Assembly (NCBI GenBank): GCA_036507075.1
Contig: DASXQR010000097.1
Span: 1-64,000 of the forward strand
From: Acidobacteriota bacterium
GTDB lineage: Bacteria > Acidobacteriota > UBA6911 > JACQSX01
Direction of reading: 5' to 3'
DNA length: 64,000 bases
A program made the position numbers and the translations under genes. The notes below the pieces were generated by a model, which worked only from the letters and a program-made list of their open reading frames with translations, did no database searches and was not told the DNA's origin. Positions 37,081 through 48,181 of this stretch are shown in pieces; positions within the stretch are counted from its first letter, which is position 1; every line of letters starts with the position of its first letter.

Positions 37081-37291
37081 TTAGCCTGGAGTACTAAAAA
37101 AAACTTCACCGCCAAGACCGTTAAGAACGCTAAGAAAAGCGCAAAGGACGGGGCTGAAACTTGAAGGATGAAGGCACCCGCCGAAATCTCATCTGCTTTG
37201 ATGATCTTCAAGTTTCAGCCCCGTCCTTTGCGCTGTCTTGGCATTCTTGGCGGTCTTAGCGGTGAAGTTTTTCTTGAATGCTGCAGCCTAA
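37081..37291. repeat. long palindromic element, ACCGCCAAG family
   Basis: Same inner arms as 33721..33941; lies between convergent genes. Confidence 0.85.
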
Positions 37292-37300
37292 TGTCTGGTC

Positions 37301-38428
37301 TCAGTCCGGGAGGGAACCGCTGAGCAGAGGCTCAACGGGAATTGTTTTGGCGCCGCTTTCGGTGCATACGGCGAACATGCTTCTTTCGCCGCTGTAAAGC
37401 GCCACTCCAGCGTACTCGCCCTTCTTGTTAACGATGTAAAAGTTCACATTGAAGTTCGGGTTGCCTTTGCTGTTGAGCAACCGCCTTTCAATGGTGTTCG
37501 CCTTGATGCGTTTCAGCGCCGCCATCCCGGCGTCTTTGGGATGCATTCCCTGGCGCATGCTCTCGACAATGAGAAAAGACGAAAGCGCAAACAGATTCGC
37601 CTCGCCGCGGCCTGTCGAACCCGCCGCGCCTACGTCGTTGTCCACGTAGAGACCCGCTCCCAGGATGGGTGAATCTCCGACGCGACCCGGGATCTTCCAC
37701 GCCAAGCCGCTGGTTGTGGTGACGCCGCAAACCTCGCCTTTGGAATTTACGCCGTTGCAGTTGATCGTGCCGTAGAGATGATCGAGATCGATCAACCCCT
37801 CCCTGACCATCTGCAGGCCGGCTTGAAAACCAGCCTCGGCGCGCTCTTTGGGGTTCAGATAGTGCAACGGGTCGGTGCGCCGCTTCCATTCCAGCCACAA
37901 GCGTCGTGATTTTTCGGTGTTCAGATCGTCTTCGATCTTAAAACCGATGTTGCGCGCAAATCGCTGCGCGTCGTGCCCCACAAGCAGGTGGTTGTCTGTT
38001 TGTTCCATCACGCCGCGCGCTACCAGCGAAGGCGTTCGCACACCTTCCAGAGCCGCGACCGCGCCCGCCCGCTTCCTGGGCCCATGCATGCAGGAGGCGT
38101 CCAGTTGAACCACACCTTCCGCATTAGGCAAGCCACCGTATCCGACGCTGGTGTCCTCCGGATCGAGCTCGACTATGTTGACGCCTGCAATCAGGGCGTC
38201 GAGGACGTCAGAGCCCTCCACCATCATCTGAAAGGCCCTTTCAACGCAGGTAAGGTTTCCGCCGTTCTTATGTTTGTTTCCATTGGCCGAGGAAATCACG
38301 AGCGGTTTGACGTCGCGCGAGGCGATTACTTGCGGCCCGCTCGCCAGCGCGCTCGAGGCCGTTCCGGCCAGCGCAGCGGCTCCGGCGCCTGTTCTGACAA
38401 AATCACGGCGTGTGATGCTTCTATGCAT
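37301..38428 (-). CDS. N(4)-(beta-N-acetylglucosaminyl)-L-asparaginase (Ntn hydrolase) with Tat signal
   Basis: 'TRRDFV' Tat motif, 'SVGYGGLP', 'GTIN' and 'TTSGL..KIPGRVGDSP'. Confidence 0.9.
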   Translation of the reverse strand: MHRSITRRDFVRTGAGAAALAGTASSALASGPQVIASRDVKPLVISSANGNKHKNGGNLTCVERAFQMMVEGSDVLDALIAGVNIVELDPEDTSVGYGGLPNAEGVVQLDASCMHGPRKRAGAVAALEGVRTPSLVARGVMEQTDNHLLVGHDAQRFARNIGFKIEDDLNTEKSRRLWLEWKRRTDPLHYLNPKERAEAGFQAGLQMVREGLIDLDHLYGTINCNGVNSKGEVCGVTTTSGLAWKIPGRVGDSPILGAGLYVDNDVGAAGSTGRGEANLFALSSFLIVESMRQGMHPKDAGMAALKRIKANTIERRLLNSKGNPNFNVNFYIVNKKGEYAGVALYSGERSMFAVCTESGAKTIPVEPLLSGSLPD

Positions 38429-38547
38429 GAGAATGCTCCTCGGAAAAGAATTATGACATCCGGGGCGAGAGTTGCACATTTGAAAATTCAAGATCCGATT
38501 GTGGTATGCGACTGCGGGGGGAGAGCTAAGTTCAAAAATGTGGACTT

Positions 38548-38641
38548 TGGAATGTGGAATGCGGAATAGGAATTGGCTTTGATCGCGGCTTAGGAAACTT
38601 ACGGTGAATATCTTCCGCATTCCGCATTCCGCAATCCGCAC
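38548..38641. repeat. palindromic element with 7-nt tandem units (GCGGAAT / ATTCCGC)
   Basis: GGAATGTGGAATGCGGAAT ... ATTCCGCATTCCGCAATCCGCA. Confidence 0.7.
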
Positions 38642-38650
38642 TCGGTTTTT

Positions 38651-39283
38651 TCAGTCGACCAAGCCTTGCTTCAGCGCGTAGCGCGTCAACTCGGAATTGT
38701 TCTTCATCTTCATCTTGGCGAGCAAACGCGTGCGGTGAGTACTGACTGTCTTCACGCTGAGGGAGAGCTGATTTGCAATTTCCGTCAATGACAACCCCGA
38801 AGCGATCATGCACAGGACACGAAATTCCCGGTTGGAAAGGGTGCGGTGCGGCGGCTTGGTGATGTCGCCGTCAATCTCCATGGCAAGCAGCTCGCCCAGC
38901 TCCGGACTGATGTAGCGGCCGCCGGAGTGAACTTTACGAATCGCCTGGATAAGCTGATCCGGCGCTGCATCCTTGCACAGGTATCCGGCTGCGCCTGCCA
39001 TGAGGGCCCTGAGACCGTATTGATCCTCCGCATGCACGCTCAAGACAAGGACCGGCAACTTGGGCCATTCCCCCTTGATTTCTTTGAGAAGTTCGAGGCC
39101 TCCCCTGCCTGGCAGGCTGATGTCCATCAATACCACGTCGCAACCGGACTTGCGGATACTCTCCAAGGCCTCCGGTGCATTGCCGGCTTCAGCGGTTACG
39201 CGCAAGTCCGTCGTTTTTTCGGTGATGCGCTTTAACCCTTCCCGAATTGCAGGGTGATCGTCTACCAGCAGAACTCGAATCAC
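38651..39283 (-). CDS. NarL/UvrY-family response regulator
   Basis: REC plus LuxR HTH 'LSNREFRV...LSVKTVSTHR'; GTGA overlap with the upstream kinase. Confidence 0.92.
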   Translation of the reverse strand: MIRVLLVDDHPAIREGLKRITEKTTDLRVTAEAGNAPEALESIRKSGCDVVLMDISLPGRGGLELLKEIKGEWPKLPVLVLSVHAEDQYGLRALMAGAAGYLCKDAAPDQLIQAIRKVHSGGRYISPELGELLAMEIDGDITKPPHRTLSNREFRVLCMIASGLSLTEIANQLSLSVKTVSTHRTRLLAKMKMKNNSELTRYALKQGLVD

Positions 39284-40116
39284 GCAGCGCTGTACCCATT
39301 TGCCAGAGGTACTTTTACCCAGACCCAGGTGCCCCCTCCGGCAATTCCAGTAATGTTGACCCGGCCGCCCCAGGCTATGGCACGTTCCCAAATTCCGGCC
39401 AGGCCGTAGGACTTCTTTTCAAACTCGTCAGTGCGAATGCCTCGCCCGTTGTCTTTAATGATGACAATCAAGTGATCCCCTTTTCGCTCCACGCGGACGC
39501 GAACTTCGGTGGCATCCGAATGGCGCACCACATTCGTCAGTGCCTCCTGCACAATCCGGAACAATGCGCCGGAGAGATCCGGATGCAGCGTTGAGTCTCC
39601 ACCGTAGAAATCAAGCCTGCACCGGATTCCGGTCCGCTGCTGAAATGAGCGAACCTGCCACTCGAGCGCCGCTACCAGACCTTCGCTTAAGACCGCAGGG
39701 CGAAGGCTGGTGGATATTTTCCTGACCGTCTCCAGGGCTGTGTTGATGCTCTGCGCCATCAAATCCAGCCCCGAGGTGACAGATTCTTCAGGCGCTGCTC
39801 GCGACGCCAGATTTTCGCGGATGCGGGCAAGATCCAGTTTCAGCAACGTCAACATCTGTCCCAGCTCGTCGTGGATCTCTCTGGCCAACTCACACCTTTC
39901 GTCTTCTTGCAACGAGCGCCGGCCATTGGATTCAGTTGACAAAGACTTCAGCTCGCTGACTGGCAAGGATACCGCATCGCAGTAAACGAACAGACTTGCA
40001 TAACCTTTGCCGGAACGGATGACCCTGATGTTGCTGCGGCCCTGGATGACATACGCCGAGCGGCCTGCTGGATGGGTCCCTAAAGCTCCGGTGGGAGTAT
40101 TACACTCTTTCAGCAT
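39280..40116 (-). CDS. HisKA_3 histidine kinase with little or no sensor domain; start uncertain
   Basis: 'LAREIHDELGQ', 'QEALTNVVRHS' and 'DNGRG'. Confidence 0.8.
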   Translation of the reverse strand: MLKECNTPTGALGTHPAGRSAYVIQGRSNIRVIRSGKGYASLFVYCDAVSLPVSELKSLSTESNGRRSLQEDERCELAREIHDELGQMLTLLKLDLARIRENLASRAAPEESVTSGLDLMAQSINTALETVRKISTSLRPAVLSEGLVAALEWQVRSFQQRTGIRCRLDFYGGDSTLHPDLSGALFRIVQEALTNVVRHSDATEVRVRVERKGDHLIVIIKDNGRGIRTDEFEKKSYGLAGIWERAIAWGGRVNITGIAGGGTWVWVKVPLANGYSAA

Positions 40117-40457
40117 AAATCATCAACAGGGACTGTCCCAAAACACGACTCACAGGTCCCGGACCTTCAGTCTCACAGTTTGTAAAACGCGATAAGAGTT
40201 GTTTACACGCTAAGTTACAACATTTCGAATGGACATTTCCAGAAATTTGACGGGTGGTCGGTCTTGGCGCGATTTCGCGAAAAATAAGGATGATCGGAGA
40301 GATGGCCTGAGGGCCGTCTCTACTCACAAAATGTAGAATTCCCTGAGACGGCCCTCAGGCCGTCTCTCCAGTCCCAAAATGTAAAAAATAGAGGCTGCGA
40401 TATGTTGAGGTTTGGCTCTGACCGGGGGTGCCGCGTCGCTACGTGCCTAAAGGTCTT

Positions 40458-41039
40458 TCAGGGCCGGGATGGATTTCGCTGAACCGTTGAGGACTTCGTA
40501 ACAGGCTTGAAATCAGAGTGTTCGTTTGTGACCCATTGGCGCGCCTTGAGCAGGGCGCTGGTGGCGGCATCCTTTCTGTTATGGAAAGTGCGGTTGCGGC
40601 TGGGATGAAAATGGACATGGCCGGCGGTCCCAATATACCGTTCCGCCTGCCAGGAGTCGTCCCACATCCCAACCAGTTCGCGCCCCATGAATCGTATTGA
40701 CCATCCGCCAGTCCGCTCTATTCCCAGCTCTCCAAGCTTGCTGTCCACTTCATGCTCAGCTCGCGAGAGCTTGAGTGCGATCTCCGAACCATTCAAGCCT
40801 CGTGCAAAAAGCGTCCACAATCGGTTAACTTCATCTTCATTCCAGTCGTTCCTGATGTTCAGATGCAAACCGAACTCTCCTGGGTGCTGGACGGAGTTTT
40901 TCCGCCCTGGGTTACGTATCATTTCTCCGAGCGTAACAAGGGTGCGCGAAGGGTGTTTGGCGGCGCTGGTGCGAGCTCTGCAGCCACGCGTGACTCCCAT
41001 GTCAGCACCGTGTCGGCTTCCGGAACGCACGGCGCGCAC
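40458..41039 (-). CDS. hypothetical protein with HTH-like segment; true start probably downstream
   Basis: 'WNEDEVNRLWTLFARGLNGSEIALKLSR'. Confidence 0.5.
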   Translation of the reverse strand: MRAVRSGSRHGADMGVTRGCRARTSAAKHPSRTLVTLGEMIRNPGRKNSVQHPGEFGLHLNIRNDWNEDEVNRLWTLFARGLNGSEIALKLSRAEHEVDSKLGELGIERTGGWSIRFMGRELVGMWDDSWQAERYIGTAGHVHFHPSRNRTFHNRKDAATSALLKARQWVTNEHSDFKPVTKSSTVQRNPSRP

Positions 41040-41494
41040 CTTCCGTTCTGCGGAGAGAAGCTGTAAAACTGTTGAAGGAGCAGTCCCGCTTCGTCCCGCA
41101 CTTCTACTTTGCAGAGCTGACCGGAGCCGGACGTAAACTTGGCAAGAATTGCCAACGCGCGGTCCAACTCACGGACTGTCGGAAGATCGCATCTTCCGAC
41201 GGAGTCGTGAATGTCCCAGCCCTGCTTGGAAGGCGTGAGGGTGTAGATAATAAGAGCTGTTATTGCCCCTTCCATTTTAAGGTCCCAAGCCCAGAGGTGA
41301 GTACTGCTGCCCCAACAGCATAGCATCCAAAACGGTCTGAATACTTCAACGTTAAGCCCTTTGTACTTATCACACAATTACGGCTCTCTGAGATTGGAGT
41401 CGGAAATACACCTATTTTTTTGTAAGAATCTCGCTATTTGCGTTTGTTGCTGATTAGGCGTACGTTAGAGCTACTCCCGGCCTCGAGTGATGAA

Positions 41495-42100
41495 ATGAGT
41501 TTGACCAAGACTTCCCACACTTGTGGAACGTATGACGTTGTGGCTTTTGCGTCGTCGGCCGGCGGCTTGCACGCGCTCCGGACCGTGCTCTCGCAGCTCC
41601 CCGGCGATTTTCCCGCCGCGGTGGTGCTGGTGCAGCACCTGGATCCGAGGCACCCCAGCATGATGGCCGACATCCTTGGGCGGGGCAGCCCACTGAGCGT
41701 GCGGGAGGCCAGAGAAGGTGACCAACTGATCCAGTCACAGGTTTATATAGCGCCGCCCAACCGGCACCTGCTGGTGAATCCGGGCGGCGGCCTGACGCTG
41801 TCGGAATCGGCTTTGGTGAACTTTGTCAGACCCTCTGCCGACCTCCTGTTTGAGTCGGTCGCCTCGAGCTACAAAAACCGGGCTATCGCTGTCGTACTTA
41901 GCGGCGCAGGCAGTGACGGCGGCATGGGTGTGCGGGCGATCCATCGAATGGGCGGCATTGTCATCGTCCAGGACGAAAAGACTTCGCAGTTCTTCGGCAT
42001 GCCGGGTACCGCCATTGGAACCGGGGCCGCAAACTTCGTTCTACCCCTGGAAACAATTGCTCCCACGCTGGTCCGGCTTGTGACGGGAAAAGTAAGTTAA
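41495..42100 (+). CDS. cheB: CheB-type methylesterase domain protein
   Basis: 'SSAGG', 'VQHL', 'RPSADLLF', 'LSGAGSDG' and 'GMP'. Confidence 0.9.
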   Translation: MSLTKTSHTCGTYDVVAFASSAGGLHALRTVLSQLPGDFPAAVVLVQHLDPRHPSMMADILGRGSPLSVREAREGDQLIQSQVYIAPPNRHLLVNPGGGLTLSESALVNFVRPSADLLFESVASSYKNRAIAVVLSGAGSDGGMGVRAIHRMGGIVIVQDEKTSQFFGMPGTAIGTGAANFVLPLETIAPTLVRLVTGKVS

Positions 42101-42138
42101 GACTGACAGCCTGGTCCGACTTGTGACGGGAGAGGTTA

Positions 42139-43989
42139 ATGACTGACAGCGAGAAAGACGACAAGTTCGAGGCGGTGCTGGAATACCTGCGGCGCACCCG
42201 CGGCTTCGATTTTACCGGATACAAGCGTCCCAGCCTGATGCGGCGCGCCCAAAAACGGATGCAGGTTGTCGGCATCAAGGACTTCGGCGACTATCTGGAT
42301 TACCTCGAGGTCCATCCCGAGGAGTTTGTCCAGCTTTTCAATACCATCCTGATTAATGTGACCTCTTTTTTTCGGGATCCCACGGCATGGGACTTCCTGG
42401 TCCGCGAGGGGATTCCTCCTATTCTGACCGCCAAGGCAAAAGACGAGGCTGTGCGTGTCTGGAGCGCAGGTTGCGCCACGGGCGAGGAGGCCTACACTCT
42501 GGCGATCCTCATGGCTGAAACCATGGGAGTGGATGCCTTCAAACAGCGGGTGAAGATTTACGCAACCGATATGGATGAAGACGCCCTGGTGCAGGCGCGA
42601 CAGGCGACCTACACGGCCAAAGAAATTGAGCCGATCCCGCCGGAGCTGCGGGATAAATACTTCGAGCAGATCGGCACGCGTTACGTATTTCGCGGCGATC
42701 TCCGGCGTTCCGTGATATTTGGACGCCACGACCTGATCCAGGACGCGCCCATCTCCCGCGTTGATATCCTCGCCTGCCGCAATACATTGATGTATTTCAA
42801 CGCTGAAACTCAGGCCCGCATTCTTGCCCGGTTCCACTTCGCGCTCAACGAGAAGGGGTGCTTGTTTCTGGGAAAGGCGGAGCTGATGCTGTCGAACGGG
42901 GAGCTTTACAACGCTCTGAATCTCAAGCAGCGCGTGTTCTCCAAAATTCCCAAAGCCAGCCTGCGCGATCGCCTGCTCGTTCTTGCGCAGGGAGGAAGTG
43001 TGGAAGCGGGGAATCAACTCGGCAACCAGGTGCAGCTGCGCGAACTCGCGTTTGACACGGCTCCTGTGGCGCAAGCGATTATCGACTTGAACGGCAATCT
43101 GGCGATGATGAACGAGCGGGCGCGGCGGCTGTTCAACTTGAACTCGCGCGACGTGGGACGCCGCTTTCAGGATCTTGAATTCTCTTCCAAGCCGGTAGAA
43201 ATTCATGCCATGATCCAACGGGCATATGCCGAACAGGAAGCCGTCGTACTGCGCGACGTTGAACGAAATTTTCCGGACGGTGAAAGCCATTTCCTCGATG
43301 TGGTGGTTACGCCTCTGACCGAGAACAGCAGCGTCATCGGAGTCAGCGTCACATTCAACGACGCCTCACGCTACCAGCAAATCAAAGATGAGCTGCAGCG
43401 GTCCGCCGAAGAGCTGGAAACCGCCTACGAAGAACTTCAATCCAGCAATGAAGAACTCGAAACAACCAATGAAGAATTGCAGTCCACGGTCGAGGAGCTG
43501 GAAACAACCAACGAAGAGCTCCACTCCAGCAATGAGGAGCTGGAGACGATGAACGAAGAGCTCCAGTCGACCAATGAAGAGCTGAACGCCATGAATGCGC
43601 AGCTGCGCAGCTCGACCCAAGAGTCAAAGCGCGTCAATTCCTTCCTTGAGTCGATCCTTTTCAGCATGCGCACGGGCGTTGTGGTGCTCAACTCCGATTT
43701 TCAAACCCAGGTCTGGAACCGCAAGTCTGAAGACCTGTGGGGCATCAGGAGCGAGGAAGTTCGGGGGAAGAACTTCCTCAACCTGGATATCGGCTTGCCG
43801 GTGCAAAAACTGACACAGCCGATCCGATCGTGCTTGAATGGAGAGGCCGAGGAAGTCGAATTGGTGCTTGATTGCACCAACCGTCGCGGCAAACCTATAA
43901 AATGCGCGGTCACCTGTATTCCTTTGACTGGCTCGGACGGAGCCCGCGGCGTGATTCTCTGCGTAGAAGAAGCGGGCGGGAGCAGGTGA
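42139..43989 (+). CDS. cheR: CheR methyltransferase with PAS domains and heptad coiled coil
   Basis: 'INVTSFFRD', 'WSAGCATGEE', 'CRNTLMYF' and repeated 'NEELET/QS' heptads. Confidence 0.92.
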   Translation: MTDSEKDDKFEAVLEYLRRTRGFDFTGYKRPSLMRRAQKRMQVVGIKDFGDYLDYLEVHPEEFVQLFNTILINVTSFFRDPTAWDFLVREGIPPILTAKAKDEAVRVWSAGCATGEEAYTLAILMAETMGVDAFKQRVKIYATDMDEDALVQARQATYTAKEIEPIPPELRDKYFEQIGTRYVFRGDLRRSVIFGRHDLIQDAPISRVDILACRNTLMYFNAETQARILARFHFALNEKGCLFLGKAELMLSNGELYNALNLKQRVFSKIPKASLRDRLLVLAQGGSVEAGNQLGNQVQLRELAFDTAPVAQAIIDLNGNLAMMNERARRLFNLNSRDVGRRFQDLEFSSKPVEIHAMIQRAYAEQEAVVLRDVERNFPDGESHFLDVVVTPLTENSSVIGVSVTFNDASRYQQIKDELQRSAEELETAYEELQSSNEELETTNEELQSTVEELETTNEELHSSNEELETMNEELQSTNEELNAMNAQLRSSTQESKRVNSFLESILFSMRTGVVVLNSDFQTQVWNRKSEDLWGIRSEEVRGKNFLNLDIGLPVQKLTQPIRSCLNGEAEEVELVLDCTNRRGKPIKCAVTCIPLTGSDGARGVILCVEEAGGSR

Positions 43990-44153
<164 letters not shown>

Positions 44154-44154
44154 C

Positions 44155-44946
44155 ATGCTGAAGACCAATAAGGCAAAACAAACCCTGAAGGACGGCGGCG
44201 TCTGCTTTGGGACAATGCTGCGCCTGCTGCATTCACCGCACGCCATACCCTTGTGCGCCTCGGCTGGATGGGACTTCATCATTATTGACACCGAGCACGG
44301 TGACTTTGACTCTGAGACACTGGCGGGAATGTGCGTGGCTGCCAAGTATGAGGAGCTGGCCCTGCTGGCGCGCGTTCCCGACAAGCTTTATCACCAACTG
44401 GCCAAGCCGCTCGATCTGGGATTGGAAGGGCTCGTCATACCTCGCGTGGAAGAAAGCGCAGAAGTGCAGCACATTCTGCAATCCACCAAATACCACCCGA
44501 TGGGCGCGCGCGGCGCCAGCGTGTCGACAACGGCGACCCTGTTTCGAGATCACGATGCCGTGTCTTACATGGAATGGGCCAACCGCGAGACATTGATCGT
44601 GGTTCAGGTTGAATCCCAGCGCGCCGTGGAGAATGTTGACAAGATTGTCTCGGTCTCCGGTGTAGACGCGGTGCTCATCGGACCGTTCGATCTTTCTCAA
44701 AGCATGGGAATCCCGGGCCAGACTTCCCATCCGCGCATGGCCGATGCTTTCCGGCGCGTGATTGAGGCCTGTAAGCGCCACCATGTCGCGCCCGGCATTC
44801 ACCTCTCTTCCATCGAATCGGCGGCGCAGTGGGTCAAAGCGGGCATGCGGTTTGTAACCTACAGCTACGACGCCAAGTTCCTGCTCGATTCCAGCCAGGA
44901 GGCGGTAAAGCAACTGCGTGACATAGCTCGGCACCCGAAAAACTGA
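44155..44946 (+). CDS. HpcH/HpaI aldolase family
   Basis: 'IDTEHG', 'PMGARG', 'QVES' and 'IGPFDLS'. Confidence 0.9.
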   Translation: MLKTNKAKQTLKDGGVCFGTMLRLLHSPHAIPLCASAGWDFIIIDTEHGDFDSETLAGMCVAAKYEELALLARVPDKLYHQLAKPLDLGLEGLVIPRVEESAEVQHILQSTKYHPMGARGASVSTTATLFRDHDAVSYMEWANRETLIVVQVESQRAVENVDKIVSVSGVDAVLIGPFDLSQSMGIPGQTSHPRMADAFRRVIEACKRHHVAPGIHLSSIESAAQWVKAGMRFVTYSYDAKFLLDSSQEAVKQLRDIARHPKN

Positions 44947-45090
44947 ACCGCCAAGAACGCAAAGACCGGCAAGATTCTAAAGAGCTATGATCTGATTCCC
45001 TGCAGCAGCATCCATTCCGCAAGGTGAATTTAGAAATGCCAAGCTGAAAAAATAACCTTCGCGTTCTTGGCGTTCTTGGCGGTTTAGTTG
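44938..45090. repeat. palindromic element, ACCGCCAAG family
   Basis: AACCGCCAAGAACGC ... GCGTTCTTGGCGGTT. Confidence 0.8.
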
Positions 45091-45094
45091 TTTT

Positions 45095-46024
45095 TCAGTG
45101 CATTTCGACTTCGCAGGTGCCGATACCGGGGCGATAGAAATTAAACTGGACGCTGGGATGGTCGGCCAGCAGTGACATGGGCACGGAACTGTCCATGATC
45201 TTGTGCGAAATCATCCAGGTGGTGAGCCGCTGCCCGAAAGGGGTATCGTGAGTTCCCGCGTGCCAGATGGAAACCTTATCGGCTTTCCAGGTCTCCTGCG
45301 GGCCAACCGAAAGCGCCTGGCGGGGTACGGCGGCCACGTTTCCTCCGCCCGAAGTGCGCGCATTCTGAACCAGCGTGAGCGGATGCAGGTCCACCACGCG
45401 AGCGGCAAGCTGGCGATATTCGGCCGGGCTGGGCGGCGCATCCCGATATTTTCCCTCGCGACGCACGGGATCATTGAAGGCCCAGTGTTTTGTCTCTCCC
45501 TGCCCGCCCTGCATCACTGCACAGCGCGCCCGGTCCCAGCTCGACTGGTAGGCTTGCAGGTCCGCGGTGGGAAAGTGAAGATTCTCGTCCGGCATCGCCA
45601 GCTCCGGCCGGATTCGATCAAAGCAGAGCTCCATATCGGTTCGCTTGAACGAAAGCGGGTGATCTTCGCCCACTTCTTTTCCGCCGATAAACCATTCATC
45701 CATCGCCCAGAAGTGCGCGTGCCTCAACGGGATGGCCAGCTCATTGACCAGTCTGGCAACCAGCGGCAACTGCTCGGTAGGTCCGATCGGACCGCAGATT
45801 CCCACCGGGACTGCGGCGGTCGCCTGCCTCCACGCCTGGATGTATTCGAGCGCTTCGGCCAGATAGAATTCCTCCAGCGTTTCATAGAAGACCACGCGAA
45901 ACCCCGGCCGGCCGAGCTTCAGCATCTCCTCGGGCGTCAAACGAGCCGTGCGTGCAAGAACGTCGTCGTCCAGCGTGGTGTAATCCCACCAGTCAAGCGC
46001 GATGGAACTAAGTTTACGGATCAT
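45095..46024 (-). CDS. glucosamine-6-phosphate deaminase/isomerase-like (NagB superfamily) protein
   Basis: 'HFWAMDEW', 'HPLSF' and '[14 protein letters not shown]'. Confidence 0.75.
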   Translation of the reverse strand: MIRKLSSIALDWWDYTTLDDDVLARTARLTPEEMLKLGRPGFRVVFYETLEEFYLAEALEYIQAWRQATAAVPVGICGPIGPTEQLPLVARLVNELAIPLRHAHFWAMDEWFIGGKEVGEDHPLSFKRTDMELCFDRIRPELAMPDENLHFPTADLQAYQSSWDRARCAVMQGGQGETKHWAFNDPVRREGKYRDAPPSPAEYRQLAARVVDLHPLTLVQNARTSGGGNVAAVPRQALSVGPQETWKADKVSIWHAGTHDTPFGQRLTTWMISHKIMDSSVPMSLLADHPSVQFNFYRPGIGTCEVEMH

Positions 46025-46053
46025 AGTTGTTTCCAAATGCCACCAAACGCCGA

Positions 46054-46851
46054 TCACCCCTCGAGCTCTGCTTCATACTCCCGGTTGACCAGGTACTTCT
46101 GGCCCAGGGCTTCCCGCAGGGGATCGGCATCGGGCGCGCAGAATCCGAAATGCAAATGGCGCCTCCAGCCCTCGGCGTGCTTGAATCTACCGGAGATTGA
46201 TCCGAGCTGCAGAGACATCTCTTCCATCGCCTGCATATACGAACTTAGTTGCTGGCTCGTGTCCAACCACTGTTGCTGGCTGCGGTGGCACGCCAGCGCC
46301 GATCTTTTCAAATCCTGAACCGAGGTGGTGTCAACAAAGGCGCCGGGATTGATCCGCTTCCTAAGCGCGTTTCTCATGCCGTGCGGCATGGCGTGGTAAA
46401 TCGTGACCTGGCGGTCAGTGTGCGCGCGGGGAGGAGTAGTTCTAAAATTTGGCATCCCACGGACAAAAGCTGCGGTCACAGCAAGCCGGCACGCGTTTGT
46501 GTGGTCTTCCATGTAATCCTGCGGGGAGTGAATCAGCAGCACGACAGGCTCGACCTGGCGCACGATGCCGGCCAGCCTGCGCAGCAGCTTCGCTTCGTAA
46601 ATAATCTCGATGTCGTTGACGAGGCTCTCGTGGAATTGAGCACCGAGGACTTGAGCCGCCTTGCGGGATTCCCGCTGCCGGGTCTTCTTTATTTCGGCGG
46701 CACTTTGATCGGCGCTGCCGCAGGAGCCGTTGGCAAGGGTCAGATAATGCGTTTTGTATCCGGCCTGCCGCAGCAGCAGCAGCGTTCCGGCCATCATGAA
46801 TTCGATGTCATCCGGATGCGCTGCGATGGCCATCGCCACCCTTTCAGCCAT
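46054..46851 (-). CDS. PIG-L/LmbE-family deacetylase
   Basis: 'AHPDDIE', 'R..E...AA..LG' and 'EDH'. Confidence 0.88.
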   Translation of the reverse strand: MAERVAMAIAAHPDDIEFMMAGTLLLLRQAGYKTHYLTLANGSCGSADQSAAEIKKTRQRESRKAAQVLGAQFHESLVNDIEIIYEAKLLRRLAGIVRQVEPVVLLIHSPQDYMEDHTNACRLAVTAAFVRGMPNFRTTPPRAHTDRQVTIYHAMPHGMRNALRKRINPGAFVDTTSVQDLKRSALACHRSQQQWLDTSQQLSSYMQAMEEMSLQLGSISGRFKHAEGWRRHLHFGFCAPDADPLREALGQKYLVNREYEAELEG

Positions 46852-47884
46852 GCATTTCCGAGATTTTAACCGGCCGTCCTTCCGAAGCCGACTGGTCGGC
46901 TGCAAATATGATCCGGTGCGTCTGCAGAGCATCGCCCAGGCTGGTGAGCGGCATTTCTTCGTTTCGCCTGAGAGATTCAAAAAAAGCCTGGAACTGCGTC
47001 AGGTAGGGATGGTCGGAAACATCCCCCGAATCGAGCAGCTTCATTGACAACTGGCTCCAGGAGTGGCGGTCTATGCCTGCTATCTCGCTGGAATAAAATT
47101 TGTTGTCGAGCAGGCTTCCGCGGCTGCCCACCAGATGAACGTGGAAGTAGTAAGGCTGCAGGCAATCAATCACAGAAGCAACTTTGCCTGCGCGGCCGTC
47201 CTTGAACCTCAGGATCGTGACGCTGGTAGTGGGATACTCGTAATTGGCGAACGATTCATGACCGGAAAAGGTGGAATAGCTGCAAACTGTGTCCACCTCC
47301 GCTCCCATGATCAGCAGCAGGGCGTCCATGGCGTGGCATCCTGCGGAAAGAAGACTGCTGCCCCCCGCGTTCTTCTTTGTATTCCATCGGTATTGCCCGT
47401 ACCAGGGACCAATGCCATGGAAGTAGTCGACTTCGGCGTAATGAAGCTTCCCCAGCAGGCCGCGGTCGACGGTTGCCTTGGTGGCGAGAAACTGGCTCGA
47501 GTACCGGCATTCAAAGCAGACGCAGGTCTTGACGCCGTTGTCGCGCACGGCCCGGTCCATCGAAAGACAGTCTTTCCAGGATAAAGCGAGCGGTTTTTCG
47601 ATAATCAAATGCTTTCCAGCTCCGGCGGCCGCGATCGTCTGCGTTGCGTGCTCGTAAGGATAGCTGCAGATTGACACCACATCGACGCCGCTTTCATGCA
47701 GCAGTTTCGTCAGGTCCTGATAGCAGGCGATCTTGGCGCCGTGACGGGCGCTCATTTCGCCGGAATCCAGCTTTCGGGAGGAATAAACGGCAGTGACTTC
47801 GGCCTGTCCGGTGGCATTGATGGCAGCGATGTGGGCTCCTGCTACCCAGCCGTATCCTGCAATTCCGACTTTGTATTTGGTCAT
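46844..47884 (-). CDS. Gfo/Idh/MocA oxidoreductase
   Basis: 'GIAGYGWVA' and 'GKHLIIEKPLA'. Confidence 0.9.
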   Translation of the reverse strand: MTKYKVGIAGYGWVAGAHIAAINATGQAEVTAVYSSRKLDSGEMSARHGAKIACYQDLTKLLHESGVDVVSICSYPYEHATQTIAAAGAGKHLIIEKPLALSWKDCLSMDRAVRDNGVKTCVCFECRYSSQFLATKATVDRGLLGKLHYAEVDYFHGIGPWYGQYRWNTKKNAGGSSLLSAGCHAMDALLLIMGAEVDTVCSYSTFSGHESFANYEYPTTSVTILRFKDGRAGKVASVIDCLQPYYFHVHLVGSRGSLLDNKFYSSEIAGIDRHSWSQLSMKLLDSGDVSDHPYLTQFQAFFESLRRNEEMPLTSLGDALQTHRIIFAADQSASEGRPVKISEMHG

Positions 47885-48042
47885 TCTCGGTTAGCGGGTT
47901 TCGGGTTTTCGGGTTACGAGTTACGAGTTTCGAATTCGCAGTTCAACAGTTTTTGGGAAATATAGCAGCATTCCATTGGAAAGCAAACCGCGAAGGCGCG
48001 AAGAACATCTGTCGGTCTGTTTTCCTCAGGATGATTGAGTCC

Positions 48043-48181
48043 ATTTGCCACGAAGGCACGAAGACACGAAGGACCGGTGTTTTGTTTAGAGTGCTACTTC
48101 TCATAACTCGGTCATGGTGCTGCAGAAGTGGCACTTCTGACTAAATCATTGCACTTCGTGTCTTCGTGTCTTCGTGGCAAA
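48043..48181. repeat. palindromic element, GCCACGAAGGCACGAAG family; related copy at 61220..61381
   Basis: Inverted arms plus a shared inner AAGTGGCACT. Confidence 0.8.

Noticed and set aside
35994..37097. Long alternative-frame or antisense ORFs (also 42136..43290, 45203..46318, 28247..29188, 14394..15323)
   Set aside because: They overlap well-supported genes, lack recognisable motifs and are expected in GC-rich DNA.
43390..43600. 21-nt periodic repeat
   Set aside because: Encodes the known NEELQS/T heptad coiled coil of CheR-PAS proteins.
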